Virus record (IMG/VR): IMGVR_UViG_3300010430_000013
Span: 25,734 to 89,733 of that record
From: a virus
Direction: 5' to 3' (one strand)
Length of the DNA stretch: 64,000 bases
Below the pieces are notes generated by a model that saw nothing but the letters and a program-made list of their open reading frames with translations, was not told the DNA's origin and made no database searches. Of the stretch, positions 18,642-29,181 are shown one piece after another. Position 1 is the first letter of the stretch. Each line of letters begins with the position of its first letter. A program made the translations under genes and the position numbers.

Positions 18642-18857
18642 ATGCAACCGCAAGCTAAATCTATTCTTTTTTCGGTATTGTTTCTAGTTGGCCTTTTACT
18701 TGTTTTTACGGCTAATCTGCAAATTAGTGCAGGTGTAATTTTGATGGTCATTGGATATAATGAATTTCGTTCTTTCGGACTCGCTGAAAAGCTTCTCGCA
18801 GAAATCCGAGATGCGCTTGACGGCGACGATGAAGAAGAAAATTCTGAAGTATCCTAA
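18642..18857 (+). CDS. two-TM membrane protein
   Basis: Promoter motif at 18586, RBS GAGG, two hydrophobic segments. Confidence 0.65.
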   Translation: MQPQAKSILFSVLFLVGLLLVFTANLQISAGVILMVIGYNEFRSFGLAEKLLAEIRDALDGDDEEENSEVS

Positions 18858-18916
18858 TAAAAACAAATCTTAAAATCTGAGCGCGACTTCCTCAGCCAAC
18901 ATCCAGGAGTCCCTCT

Positions 18917-19549
18917 ATGTCCAACAAGGTCGGGAGGATTGTACGTCATCGTAATGACGAACAAAAATATTTTTTAGAGGCTTTAAACAACTTTGACTTA
19001 ACTATGGTAGAAGCCAGATTTGGCTCAGGAAAAACTGCATGTGCCGTAGGGCACGGCTGCGAATTACTCTTACATAAAAAGATTGAAAAGTTTTATTTAA
19101 TTAGATCCGTGGGTCATCTCAGCAGCGTTGTTGGTCATACCCCTGGAACTGTTCATGAGAAGTGCGCTAACTTTTTTGCTCAACAGATTGAATACCTTTG
19201 TCAGTTCTTAGGATCACGACAAAAGTATGAAGATTTTGTTAGAGATGGAAAGATTAAGCTATTACCAATTGGTTTATTGCAAGGTCTATCTCTTGATAAC
19301 TCATATGTTTTCTGTGATGAGATGCAAAACTCTTCAAAACAAGAATTTCAGATGTTGTTATCTAGATGGGGTCGCGGTACAACTATGTGCTGGGCTGGAG
19401 ACCGACTTCAGTCTGGGCGTGGTGAAAACTGTTACTTCGCAAGGCTTTTCGATAATCTAGAAGATGAATCTATCCGTAAGGTTACTTTGACGGAATGTTT
19501 CCGACATAAGTCACTGGTTAGAATCTTCAATAAGATGGACAAGATTTAA
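18917..19549 (+). CDS. phoH: PhoH-family ATPase
   Basis: ARFGSGKT, LQGLSL, DEMQN, LSRWG, GDRLQ. Confidence 0.88.
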   Translation: MSNKVGRIVRHRNDEQKYFLEALNNFDLTMVEARFGSGKTACAVGHGCELLLHKKIEKFYLIRSVGHLSSVVGHTPGTVHEKCANFFAQQIEYLCQFLGSRQKYEDFVRDGKIKLLPIGLLQGLSLDNSYVFCDEMQNSSKQEFQMLLSRWGRGTTMCWAGDRLQSGRGENCYFARLFDNLEDESIRKVTLTECFRHKSLVRIFNKMDKI

Positions 19550-19669
19550 CAAGACGTGAACAAAGCATTGTAGTAGCGTCAGCAAACCAGAATGCTTGAA
19601 AGACCCACAGCCCATTTTTTTGGGTGGTTGAAGCTGTTAGGCTGACATTTTTTTACAAGGAGACTTGAC

Positions 19670-19975
19670 TTGCCTTTATACTGCTTTAAATGCAATAATC
19701 CAAAATGTGAAGAACCATATTTCGAGGCCGTAAATAATATGGCTGAGGCGCATCTAATTCCTAGCTGCCCAAGTTGCGGCAAAGGGGATGTGGAACGAGA
19801 CTGGGGTTCCGAAGGCGCTTATCTCGCTGGACCCACAAAAACAGTTGGTTCTCTCATGGACAAAAATAGTGCAAAAATGTCTGAAGACGAGAAGCAAAAA
19901 AAGCTCTATGATTATGGTAAAGAGCAAAACAAAGGCACGGGATCAATTTCCCCTTGGAAGAGAGTTGACAAATAA
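19670..19975 (+). CDS. FmdB-like zinc-ribbon protein
   Basis: MPLYCFKC...C...CPSCG. Confidence 0.75.
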   Translation: MPLYCFKCNNPKCEEPYFEAVNNMAEAHLIPSCPSCGKGDVERDWGSEGAYLAGPTKTVGSLMDKNSAKMSEDEKQKKLYDYGKEQNKGTGSISPWKRVDK

Positions 19976-20391
19976 TGCATCAAGACATTGTTGAATCGCA
20001 ACGCAATATTTACGAACCTGGAGAGAATTGCTTTACTCTTCAGGGCAGCCATCACTTTGAAGACGAGGATGGCAACTTCAGGCTTATTGAACAATACGAT
20101 AAGCGTGGCAATAGAATCGACTTCAGAGAGCATAGACAAGCTTACGCTATTGAAAAAGTTATGCCGTCTATGATTAAGTATTTTGTGATGTCAGATACGA
20201 CTGGGCAATTATTTGACCCCAGGAATGTAGACCATTTACAAACTGCTATGACAGTAAGAAATGGAAATAAGATTTGGCGCTGGGTAACCATCTCAAAGAA
20301 TGGCTTCGAATTTTATAAAGATTATCTAAAAAGAAACAACAAGGTTTTCTACGCGAAAGCCAAAACCGCACTTTCAAATCCAGGAGGCTAA
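19975..20391 (+). CDS. hypothetical protein
   Basis: Coupled ORF in the replication operon. Confidence 0.7.
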   Translation: MHQDIVESQRNIYEPGENCFTLQGSHHFEDEDGNFRLIEQYDKRGNRIDFREHRQAYAIEKVMPSMIKYFVMSDTTGQLFDPRNVDHLQTAMTVRNGNKIWRWVTISKNGFEFYKDYLKRNNKVFYAKAKTALSNPGG

Positions 20392-20392
20392 A

Positions 20393-20911
20393 ATGCCAAG
20401 ACTTAGTAAACTACAACAAAAGAAAATTCGAGAATTGTTCCTCTCAACGGATATGTCTTTTGATGAAATCCGAGATGAGGTTGGATTGAGTAAAAGCTCT
20501 AAGCAGGTTGAAAAACTTGTAGAAGAGGAAAACTTGGAGGAACTCAAAGACAAAATTGTCGAAAATGTAGAAGTAGAAGCTGCCACAGAAGAACTAAACG
20601 ACTACGAAGACGTTGTTGGACGACTTCGGAAAGCTGGACTTAGTGAAAATGATGCAAGAAATGCTCTTCGTCGAGCCCTTAAGTCTATGGAAGAAGCAGG
20701 AAACGAGAATGCCACCTCTGACGAAGTGTTCATCGCTGCAACTTCATTCATTGGTTCAGGTGCCCTTATTCGTAAGACCACTGATTCTGGGCGAGAAGGT
20801 GTAGCGATTATGACGCCAGAAGCATCTCGTGCGGCTAGCCCAGCTCCATCTAATCCTAATGCAACTTCTCGACACCTGAAGAACGCGCATATCAGACCAA
20901 AAGATGTTTAA
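20393..20911 (+). CDS. hypothetical protein, possible N-terminal HTH
   Basis: MSFDEIRDEVGLSK HTH-like segment. Confidence 0.65.
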   Translation: MPRLSKLQQKKIRELFLSTDMSFDEIRDEVGLSKSSKQVEKLVEEENLEELKDKIVENVEVEAATEELNDYEDVVGRLRKAGLSENDARNALRRALKSMEEAGNENATSDEVFIAATSFIGSGALIRKTTDSGREGVAIMTPEASRAASPAPSNPNATSRHLKNAHIRPKDV

Positions 20912-21278
20912 TTCGAAGTATACTAAAAAGAGCGTTGACTGGAGGCATAGGATAATTGAGCTTCTTTGCGAAAACAAAGCTAAGATGGACAAGAAGCTTC
21001 CTTTGCCTCCTTCTTTTTGGAATAACAAGCCCTGGTCGCAGTACTGGGCATATCAAGCAAGTTTGATTAAACCAATTGTTGAACATGTTGACTATATTAG
21101 CATTTACAAAGCAATCAAAGAGACTGGCGCGACATCCTTAAAGAATCAAAAATTCAAAAAAAGATGTTGGGCAATATACAAAGCTAGCCAAGCCAAACCT
21201 CAAGTTCAAGTAGATGTCTCTTCGGAAAAGTCTCTAGGGTCGTTTAAGAAAACGAAAACAAATTTAGACCTGCTGTAG
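20904..21278 (+). CDS. hypothetical protein
   Basis: Coupled ORF upstream of recA. Confidence 0.65.
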   Translation: MFNSKYTKKSVDWRHRIIELLCENKAKMDKKLPLPPSFWNNKPWSQYWAYQASLIKPIVEHVDYISIYKAIKETGATSLKNQKFKKRCWAIYKASQAKPQVQVDVSSEKSLGSFKKTKTNLDLL

Positions 21279-21286
21279 GAAAATAT

Positions 21287-22255
21287 ATGAAAATTTCGGA
21301 ACTAGTAAAAAAGATTACTTTCTCTTTTGAAGAGTTTGAGGCTATGCAAGGCGAAAAGCCAATTGTAAGTCTTAGTCCTACATTTAATTCAATTTGCGGA
21401 GGCATTAAAGGCGGCTCGTTTGTTTTGATGGGTGGACCACCTAAATGCGGTAAAACAATTACCTGTCTAGACTTTGCTGCACGCGCCCAGCAAGCTGGAT
21501 ATACAGTGCTTTATCTTAATTCAGAAGGAAGACTCGCCGTAAGAGATATCAAGGGCTGCAAAAAACTTGACTATTCGGTAGAAAAGTTTAAATTGATTAC
21601 TTCTACCACTGAGAACAAAGTTTCTGCGGAGCAATATCTAGGCTCTGTACTTCATTACATGGAAACCGAAGAACGCTTGTTTGTTATTGCGGACTCTCTT
21701 AGCCATATGGAAGCAGAGAAACAGCTTAACGATGCAACTTGCGACCTTACAAGAGATGCCTCTCCAAGAATCATGTCTCAATTCTGCAAGAAGCTGGCTC
21801 CATACATCAGCTCAAGTGACCACATTTTTCTAGGCGTTGTCCATTTAATTGCCAATACTTCTGGTTATGGAAAATCCGTAGTAGAAGGAGGAGGCAATAA
21901 AATTCAATATGCTGCTGATATTAAGCTTCGTCTAAAAAATTACGAACCTATGACGAATGCTGATACCTATAGGGACAGGGAATACGGTCGTAAAATTAAC
22001 TGGATTTGCGAAACGTCTAACATGGGCTTCCCGAAGATGGAAGGAACGTCTTATGTTATCCTTGGAGAGGGCATTGACGACATTGCTGAGCTTTTGCCCA
22101 TTGCACTGGAAACTGGCGTAATGAGCAAGGGGGGAGCGTGGTATAATTATGGAGAGCAAAAGTTTCAAGGAGAGAAAAAGACTATCGAAGCACTGCGCGA
22201 CAATCCAGAAATGTACAAAGAAATTAAAGATGAAGTAGAGGCAAGACTAGCATAA
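21287..22255 (+). CDS. recA: RecA/UvsX-like recombinase
   Basis: GPPKCGKT, VIADSL, GGNKIQYAA, GAWYNYGEQKFQG. Confidence 0.9.
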   Translation: MKISELVKKITFSFEEFEAMQGEKPIVSLSPTFNSICGGIKGGSFVLMGGPPKCGKTITCLDFAARAQQAGYTVLYLNSEGRLAVRDIKGCKKLDYSVEKFKLITSTTENKVSAEQYLGSVLHYMETEERLFVIADSLSHMEAEKQLNDATCDLTRDASPRIMSQFCKKLAPYISSSDHIFLGVVHLIANTSGYGKSVVEGGGNKIQYAADIKLRLKNYEPMTNADTYRDREYGRKINWICETSNMGFPKMEGTSYVILGEGIDDIAELLPIALETGVMSKGGAWYNYGEQKFQGEKKTIEALRDNPEMYKEIKDEVEARLA

Positions 22256-22662
22256 TGGCAGACCCTAGAATGAAGGGCCTGGACGGAAAGGAGTATCCAT
22301 TCAAAATGGTCAGTAGACCCAAAGCGAATTGTTCTTCCTACCATAAGGAAGCGATTGAATTAGTTAAGACTGTTTATCCTAACTCAACGATGCTTGAAGA
22401 AGTTTCAGCGAAGATTGGTTATGGAAAAACTCTATATTTAGATATTTATCTGCCAACATTGGGTGTTGCGATTGAAGTCGACGGTGAGCAACACAGCAAA
22501 CGGAACGACTTCTTCCATAAGGACAGACAAGCATTTCTCAGAGCGAAATTTCGCGATGAACAAAAGAAAGAATGGTGTGAATTAAATGACATCAAACTCA
22601 TCAGATTCGACTGCAACGGAAGGGAACAGTGGGAAGAGCTTCTTAGAGGCGCTGTTGAATAA
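22255..22662 (+). CDS. PD-(D/E)XK endonuclease (DUF559/Vsr-like)
   Basis: LDIYLP...IEVDGEQH...DEQKKEWC...IKLIR. Confidence 0.8.
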   Translation: MADPRMKGLDGKEYPFKMVSRPKANCSSYHKEAIELVKTVYPNSTMLEEVSAKIGYGKTLYLDIYLPTLGVAIEVDGEQHSKRNDFFHKDRQAFLRAKFRDEQKKEWCELNDIKLIRFDCNGREQWEELLRGAVE

Positions 22663-23107
22663 GTCAGAAGAACTTATCAAAGAGTTTCGAGAGAAAACAA
22701 AAACCCCCATCTTCGACGAGATTGACGACGTTAAGCATATTCTCTGTCCGCGCAAAGAATACTTAGCCACTCTAACGGCTGACGAATGTTTTACTAATTG
22801 TATGACGCTTATGACTTATAAAGCGGCCTACCAAAACATCGTAAATGAAGTGGCGTCTCAAAAAATAATGCTGCAAAAGTATTTGAATCAGCAATACGCC
22901 AAATATTGGCATAAAGCGCCAGAGATGCTTCCCAAAGAAATTCATTACGCTTGGTTGAATAACGACCAGCAATACCTAATGCCAATCGTTAAACAAGTTA
23001 ATGTATTAGAAGTTTATCTAAAAGAATCAGAAGGCAGGATAGCGGATATCTCAAGGTCGGTCTCATTTTACGAGAGTAAAGGTAAAGCAATCCAGTGGAA
23101 TAAATAA
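22586..23107 (+). CDS. helical hypothetical protein (possible recombination mediator)
   Basis: Coiled-coil character and position next to recA; function is a guess. Confidence 0.55.
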   Translation: MTSNSSDSTATEGNSGKSFLEALLNKSEELIKEFREKTKTPIFDEIDDVKHILCPRKEYLATLTADECFTNCMTLMTYKAAYQNIVNEVASQKIMLQKYLNQQYAKYWHKAPEMLPKEIHYAWLNNDQQYLMPIVKQVNVLEVYLKESEGRIADISRSVSFYESKGKAIQWNK

Positions 23108-23608
23108 ATGTCTAAAGAACTTGACGAAATCAAAGCTTTGTTGGCGGGATTAGCTGAAGCTCAGTCTAAAATAGTAGAAAGAATAGATCAAATGGAGTCC
23201 TCCTCGGAAGAGGAAGCTCCTGCTCCAGCTCCCAAGAAAAAACGCGGTAGGCGCAGAAAGAAACAACAAGATCCGGCAGGATCAACGTGAAGAGTTCCAA
23301 GTGCCGGAGTTTCCGACATGAATACAGCTCAAGCCAATACAGCCAGACCAAGAAGCGCCCAAAAATTTGGTGACGGCACAAATCAGTTTAATGCAATCCT
23401 TCCAAAGCTCAAGCGAGATAAAGACTATATCAAAGCTGACAAAGAAGATCAGGAAGAAAAAATTGAATACTTCGAAAAAACCAGAAGAGCCCCGGCCAAA
23501 AAGGTTTCGGTTATGTGCAAGATGTGTGGAAAAACAGAGAAAGTAACTCCATATGACGGAATGAGAGAAGTACATCTTTGTAAGTCTTGCAACAAAAAGG
23601 GTTGAAAA

Positions 23609-25057
23609 TTGCAAAAAGATTTATCGGCAGAAAATGCCATCATTTCCTCTGTATTTAAGGGCGGCGAAGAAATATTTTGGGACCTACAACCAATCATTGT
23701 AGAACCTAGAACTTTTACAAACAATAACAATGGCGTCTTATGGGACATCTATGAGAAGGCTTTCGTAACCCATAAGCAAAAAACGATAGATTTACCTAGT
23801 ATCTTCAGCATTGCAAAAGAACGGGGTCTCGATTCTTGGGTGGGTCGAGACTCTTTTCAAAAGCATCTTGATGACATTGTCGGTTTGCCTTGTGATCCAG
23901 CCAACGCCTTACCTAAGGCTAAAAAAATCAGACGGCTTTATGTCTGTAGAATGGCGCAAGAATGCGTGGCAAACATCGGTAACGACTTGGAAATCGTAAC
24001 CGGCGACGAACCAATTAGTCAAATATTCTCAATTCTAGAGAAGCCGATTTTCGACTTAGCTGGAAAGATTAATTCGGTTGAGCAAGAACCCGTAATGATG
24101 GGTAACGCCGTTGACGAGTATCTAAAAGCTAGAACTGAAAATTCCGGCGAAGACATTGGCGTATCAACTATGTTGCCAATTTATGATTGGGCGCTAGGTG
24201 GTGGCTTACGTCCAGGCGCACTAGACATCATCGCAGCCAGAGCTAAACAGAATAAGTCCTCTTTGGCGATGAACCAAGCAATCCACTTTGCCAAGATGGG
24301 CCTTAAGGTTCTCTATGTAGATACAGAGCTTTCCTTGGATGACCAAATGTCTCGCGTTTTGTCGAGTCAAACCGGCGTAAAGATGCGCAACATTGAGAAT
24401 GGAGCGTATGCCTCAAGCGAGAACGATGCTCGGCTGATTGACAGCGAAGCAGAAGTCCTTAAAGAAATACCTATTTACCATTTAGATGTCAGTCAGGTTC
24501 CGTCATTCGAGGAACAAATCTCAATTATGAATAGGTGGGTTAGAAAAGTCCCAGGAGTAAACTTTGACAATTCTTCTAATCCTTGTGTTGTAATTTATGA
24601 CTATATCAAACTGCTCAATAAAGACCAGCTCAGTAGGAATGTGGCAGAGTATCAACAGATTGGTTATATGGTGAGTCAATTAAAAAACTTTGCGCAAAAA
24701 TATTCCTTGCCGATTCTGGCGTTGGCTCAACTAAATAGAAGCGGAGTTTCAGATCAAACCTCAACATCTCTCAGTCAATCTGATAGAATTCTATGGTTCG
24801 CATCTAGTGTATCCATCCTAGCTAAGAAAACGCCAGAAGAAATCGAATCAGACGGCGCAGAGAACGGAACACACAAACTTTACGTGTCAGATGCCCGACA
24901 CGGCCCAGGAACTCCGTTCGGTTCTCATATTAATCTGGAAATACAACAAGACTCATTCAAGATGAAAGAAGTCGGTATGAACGTTGCAGAAGAAGATGAA
25001 GACGACGGAAAATCCAAAAAGAAAAAGAAAGAAAAAGTAACTGAAATTGATTTCTAA
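23609..25057 (+). CDS. dnaB: replicative DNA helicase
   Basis: AENAIIS, ARAKQNKS (variant Walker A), DTEL, DYIKLL, LAQLNR, RHG. Confidence 0.92.
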   Translation: MQKDLSAENAIISSVFKGGEEIFWDLQPIIVEPRTFTNNNNGVLWDIYEKAFVTHKQKTIDLPSIFSIAKERGLDSWVGRDSFQKHLDDIVGLPCDPANALPKAKKIRRLYVCRMAQECVANIGNDLEIVTGDEPISQIFSILEKPIFDLAGKINSVEQEPVMMGNAVDEYLKARTENSGEDIGVSTMLPIYDWALGGGLRPGALDIIAARAKQNKSSLAMNQAIHFAKMGLKVLYVDTELSLDDQMSRVLSSQTGVKMRNIENGAYASSENDARLIDSEAEVLKEIPIYHLDVSQVPSFEEQISIMNRWVRKVPGVNFDNSSNPCVVIYDYIKLLNKDQLSRNVAEYQQIGYMVSQLKNFAQKYSLPILALAQLNRSGVSDQTSTSLSQSDRILWFASSVSILAKKTPEEIESDGAENGTHKLYVSDARHGPGTPFGSHINLEIQQDSFKMKEVGMNVAEEDEDDGKSKKKKKEKVTEIDF

Positions 25058-25300
25058 GGTCTTTCTCTCTGAAAATTTAGAACCAAGCACGGTTGTGATT
25101 AAATCAAGACATTGGGATACACATTTGTCTTACTCGGATGTCATCTCTATTGCCTGTTTTAAGCATGACTGTTTGCGTAGTTACATTACGTCTCCTAAGA
25201 CAGAATACGGATTTCTCTTTATCCCTATTGAGTATATAATAATTGGGAAAGAAGTAAAGCTAATAGAATGTGCGGAACCAATTCCTCTGAAGAGATTACC

Positions 25301-26134
25301 ATGAGCGAACGCCTCAAAAAACACGGATTTGTCGACAAAGGTGATTATTGGTCTGGACCATGCCCAGTGCACCGAGGAGATAATACTACAGCTTGTACAA
25401 TTTACAAAGACACAAGAATCTGGCGCTGCTGGACCAGACAGTGTCATCGTAATCAAGATGCCCTATGGGAAGCCCTAAAGATCAATAAAGGGTTAATCCA
25501 CACGGACGAACAACTAGAAAAGAAAAAAGTTGATATTAATGATCTTCCTGAACTTATGTCCAAAATGGAGATCAAGAAACGTTTTTGTATTCCAAGTCCG
25601 TTCTTAATTAATCGCGGGTTTAATAGGGATGTATTAAATGAGTTTTACGTTGGGGCTTGTTTCAACGCAAGAGATTTTCTTGTAAATAGGACGGTTGTCC
25701 CAATGTTCTACAATGGTATAATAATAGGGTGGTCGGCACGCGCACATGATCCGAATGCTAAAAGCAAATGGATTCATTCGAAAGGTCTTCCAAGGTCTCA
25801 ATATTTATACAACATGGACTCAATCCAAGATACCGTTATCCTGACAGAAGGCCCGCTAGATTGTTTAAAGCTTCATGAGGCTGGATACACAAGCTGTGCC
25901 GCTATTTTGGGGTCGTCCATTAATAGCGGTCAAGTTAATCTGCTAGAAAGCAAACAAGTTAAAAAAGTCATTCTGCTGTTTGATAACGACGAAGCAGGAA
26001 AGAAAGCTACGGAAGAATCTCTTAAGAAGCTTTCAAAAGTTGAAACTGTAGTTCCTAAGATATCTGGCGCTGATCCCGGTGACATGGGCGCGCAAGAACT
26101 TAAAAAAGAGTTGGAGGGATTTCTAAATGACTAA
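25301..26134 (+). CDS. dnaG: DNA primase (Zn finger + TOPRIM)
   Basis: CPVH...CWTRQC, GWSAR, LTEGPLD, FDNDEAG, DPGD. Confidence 0.9.
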   Translation: MSERLKKHGFVDKGDYWSGPCPVHRGDNTTACTIYKDTRIWRCWTRQCHRNQDALWEALKINKGLIHTDEQLEKKKVDINDLPELMSKMEIKKRFCIPSPFLINRGFNRDVLNEFYVGACFNARDFLVNRTVVPMFYNGIIIGWSARAHDPNAKSKWIHSKGLPRSQYLYNMDSIQDTVILTEGPLDCLKLHEAGYTSCAAILGSSINSGQVNLLESKQVKKVILLFDNDEAGKKATEESLKKLSKVETVVPKISGADPGDMGAQELKKELEGFLND

Positions 26135-26891
26135 AATCATCGGTTTCTGCGGGGAGAAGACCTCCGGGAAAAACACTATCGCCAACATATTTACATTAGT
26201 GGCTCTTCAAAGATATAATCTCGGTGAAAACCTACAGATGAATGGATCTACCGGTAAGATCATCATGGACGGAGAGCCTGTTCATCCTAATAGATTAAAT
26301 TCTATGATTGTAAAACAATATGCCTTGGCCGACGCCCTCAAAGAAATCTGCGTTAATGTGTTGGGTTTGGAAGAGCGATGTGTCTATGGGTCTAATGACG
26401 ATAAGGCTGAGTTGACCGATTACTACTGGGAAAACATGCCTGGGGTAATCACCAACAAAAGAGCCTATACTTCAATAGAAAAAATGTTCAAGGAAAACAA
26501 CTGGAGAGAATCATCGTGGCCTTGGCTCTTCCATAAGAAAGGTCAAATGTCAAACCGAGAAGTAATGCAGTTTGTCGGAACGGACATTTTTCGAAAAATG
26601 AACAGCCAAGTTTGGGTAGACTGCACAATCAAAAGAATTGCCCGAGAAAACCCAGAGTATGCCCTAATTACGGATGTTCGCTTTCCAAATGAAACATTGG
26701 CATTTTCCAAAATTGGAACAGTGGTCGGACTTAATAAAAAGTCTGGAGAAGTCGATACCCACGCCAGTGAACAAATTAACATGCAGAACTGTAAATATAT
26801 AGTTAAAAACGAAAACGCTAAAAACGTTCAAGACTTGATTCAGTGTATTTATGAAACCTTCGGAAAGAATAAGGACTTACTAAGCATATGA
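26127..26891 (+). CDS. deoxynucleoside monophosphate kinase
   Basis: GEKTSGKNT, ADALK, REVMQFVGTD, ITDVRFPNE, HASE. Confidence 0.88.
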   Translation: MTKIIGFCGEKTSGKNTIANIFTLVALQRYNLGENLQMNGSTGKIIMDGEPVHPNRLNSMIVKQYALADALKEICVNVLGLEERCVYGSNDDKAELTDYYWENMPGVITNKRAYTSIEKMFKENNWRESSWPWLFHKKGQMSNREVMQFVGTDIFRKMNSQVWVDCTIKRIARENPEYALITDVRFPNETLAFSKIGTVVGLNKKSGEVDTHASEQINMQNCKYIVKNENAKNVQDLIQCIYETFGKNKDLLSI

Positions 26892-27190
26892 GAAACCTAC
26901 TAATTATTTTGACTTTTTGTTTTATTCCGGCAGTAGCTGATGCTCAGATTAGGGCTCCACAGCCTGACCGTTTGCGACAGCCTGAATGTAGAAATGTCGA
27001 CCGACTGCACAGCGCAAGAGTTCGAACTTACATTTATAGATATCCTGTTCGACCAACTCGACGCCTAGATGAATACTATCCTGGTTTGCGTCAGCCGTTT
27101 CGACTTCGACGGTATGAGCCAGTTCGACCAGTCTATCCCGTTCTTCCTTTGTACGGGCCAGGACCATTTTATTATCGATATTGGTATTAA
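26888..27190 (+). CDS. secreted Arg/Pro/Tyr-rich small protein
   Basis: Signal peptide ending ADA|Q; RPY-rich tail. Confidence 0.6.
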   Translation: MRNLLIILTFCFIPAVADAQIRAPQPDRLRQPECRNVDRLHSARVRTYIYRYPVRPTRRLDEYYPGLRQPFRLRRYEPVRPVYPVLPLYGPGPFYYRYWY

Positions 27191-27199
27191 GGAATAATT

Positions 27200-27691
27200 A
27201 TGTGTAGCTCTCGCGTTAAAGTTGAACTTACGGACGACGAAGTTAATCGTGTAAGGGAGATAGCTAGCATTAGAGACAGCAATAAAAAAGGCTTTTCCTC
27301 AACGCGACACTGGACAGGGAAAGAGAGCACGCATTTTGTAGGGCTGCTAGGCGAAATGGCATTCGCTAAATACACAGGGCTCGACTTAGACGATACTAAT
27401 TATCGTTATAAGGGGGATGGAGGCATAGACTTCGCAAAAGATGTAACCTGCCAAGTCAAGACCACCAATTATAAAAATCCATCTATTTTGTGTTTTTACG
27501 ACCATCTGAATGATTTCACGGCGGATTATGCCGTACTTACATACAGGGAATCAAACAACGTTATCTGGCTTTGCGGTTGGATTTCGAGACATGATTTTGA
27601 AATGGCGGCACACATTAGAAATTTCGGCTATGGGGATAGACTCGTAATGCGTGATCATGACCTCGAACCAATGTGGGAAAAAGATGCATAG
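27200..27691 (+). CDS. putative PD-(D/E)XK nuclease
   Basis: GLLGEMAF...DGGIDF...QVKTT. Confidence 0.6.
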   Translation: MCSSRVKVELTDDEVNRVREIASIRDSNKKGFSSTRHWTGKESTHFVGLLGEMAFAKYTGLDLDDTNYRYKGDGGIDFAKDVTCQVKTTNYKNPSILCFYDHLNDFTADYAVLTYRESNNVIWLCGWISRHDFEMAAHIRNFGYGDRLVMRDHDLEPMWEKDA

Positions 27692-28694
27692 AGACAGAAT
27701 TTCGGCTTCAGAAATAGCAAAATTCACAGGATGCGAAATGGATTGGTTCTTGAGTTATGTGCTCAAGTTTTACATGCCTGCGGGAATTGCGGCGACCAGA
27801 GGATCAATTTGTCACTCTTTCTTGGAGACCTGCGCAATCAGCAAGATGCACAGGCAACAAGGTGGAGAATTGCTGGACGACCCAATTTTGGGACCTAAGT
27901 CGGTCGGCTCAGATTACGAGCCAGACAAATGGTTTGATGCTGTGCTTGAGTATTACAAAGTGGAGGATTCACATGTCGATATTACAAACAGCGACATAAA
28001 AAAATGCTGGAAGGGCATCGAAAAGGTCCTTGAGCATGAAATGAGTCCTTACAATCTTTATGAGGTTGTAGCTCCAGAATTATTGATCCACCAAGAAATT
28101 GATCAAGACTGGGCTCTCTTTGAGAAAGACGGTGAGCAGAAACGACTTATGATCAAAGGCTTCGTCGATGCCGTGTTCCGAGACGAAGAAGGAAATTTAA
28201 ATTTTATTGACTACAAGAGTTCATCTAGACTAGAATGTTTTTCGACGGGCAAAACTAAAACCGTGTTAAACATGCACGAGGACCCGCAGTTAGTTTTTTA
28301 CTGGTGGGCCGCTAACAGGATGTTTCCAGAAGATCATGTGATTGGACATATTTGGTTTTTCAATCTGGATACCTTCTGGAGCCTCGGCATAGATGAAAAC
28401 GACGCTCAAGCTTGCTTTGACAAGGTTGGCGAGAGAATTCAAAAAATGAGAGAGTTGAAAGTACCTAAGTGCCGATACGAACTCGATAAGAAGCAATCAT
28501 GGAAATGTAAACGATTTTGTCCGTTCAGCAAAATGGTTCATCCGACGATACAGGTAGACTACAACCCAATGAGACACAGGTTCGACCCAATCGACGGAAA
28601 AGCATGTATCTGCGATACTATTAAGCAGGCTTGTGAACAAAGAGACATTCTGACAGTTGTAGAAAATTGCCAGAATAAAGATTCAAAACGATAA
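27684..28694 (+). CDS. Cas4/AddB-like PD-(D/E)XK exonuclease
   Basis: SASE...C, GSICH, GFVDAV, IDYKS, QLVFY, CKRFCP. Confidence 0.85.
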   Translation: MHRDRISASEIAKFTGCEMDWFLSYVLKFYMPAGIAATRGSICHSFLETCAISKMHRQQGGELLDDPILGPKSVGSDYEPDKWFDAVLEYYKVEDSHVDITNSDIKKCWKGIEKVLEHEMSPYNLYEVVAPELLIHQEIDQDWALFEKDGEQKRLMIKGFVDAVFRDEEGNLNFIDYKSSSRLECFSTGKTKTVLNMHEDPQLVFYWWAANRMFPEDHVIGHIWFFNLDTFWSLGIDENDAQACFDKVGERIQKMRELKVPKCRYELDKKQSWKCKRFCPFSKMVHPTIQVDYNPMRHRFDPIDGKACICDTIKQACEQRDILTVVENCQNKDSKR

Positions 28695-28718
28695 CCACTT
28701 TTTTCTCAGGAGGCCACA

Positions 28719-29099
28719 ATGGCTAACTCTTACAATCACTCGGTTCTGGTCGGCAACGTTGTTCGTGATACGGAAATTCGCGATGCCGGAAAGTCTAAGG
28801 TAGCAGACAATGCTATCGCCATTACGGAGACTTTCGGGGAAAAGGAAGTAACAACATTTGTTGACATTACTCTTTGGGGACGAAATGCTGAAACGTTTCA
28901 GAAGTTCTGCCCTAAAGGTCGCACGGTCTTGATTGAAGGCTCTCTTCGTCAAGACAAGTGGACAGACAACGACGGCAACAAACGTTCTAAAATGTTTGTT
29001 AATGTCGACCGATTTGTTCTTTTAGGCTCAAAGCCTGGCGGTGGTCAGCAGCAGGAAACTGTTGCGGCAGGAGCAGGCTCGGATGATCTCCCCTTCTAA
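28719..29099 (+). CDS. ssb: single-stranded DNA-binding protein
   Basis: LVGNVVRD, KGRTVLIEGSL, DDLPF tail. Confidence 0.95.
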   Translation: MANSYNHSVLVGNVVRDTEIRDAGKSKVADNAIAITETFGEKEVTTFVDITLWGRNAETFQKFCPKGRTVLIEGSLRQDKWTDNDGNKRSKMFVNVDRFVLLGSKPGGGQQQETVAAGAGSDDLPF

Positions 29100-29130
29100 G
29101 CCTCCCTCTCGCTTAGAAGGCACTTCGATG

Positions 29131-29164
29131 CGCCTGCGTGCTCGTAGCACGCAGGCGTTTTTTA
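29131..29164 (+). terminator. intrinsic terminator after ssb
   Basis: 12-bp stem CGCCTGCGTGCT/AGCACGCAGGCG followed by a T-run. Confidence 0.85.
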
Positions 29165-29181
29165 TTCTTTTGGAGTTGTTT

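Noticed and set aside
27684-28694. Cas4-like nuclease as the cassette acquisition enzyme
   Set aside because: It lies 25 kb away in an ordinary replication/recombination operon, and such exonucleases are common in phages; nothing links it to the array
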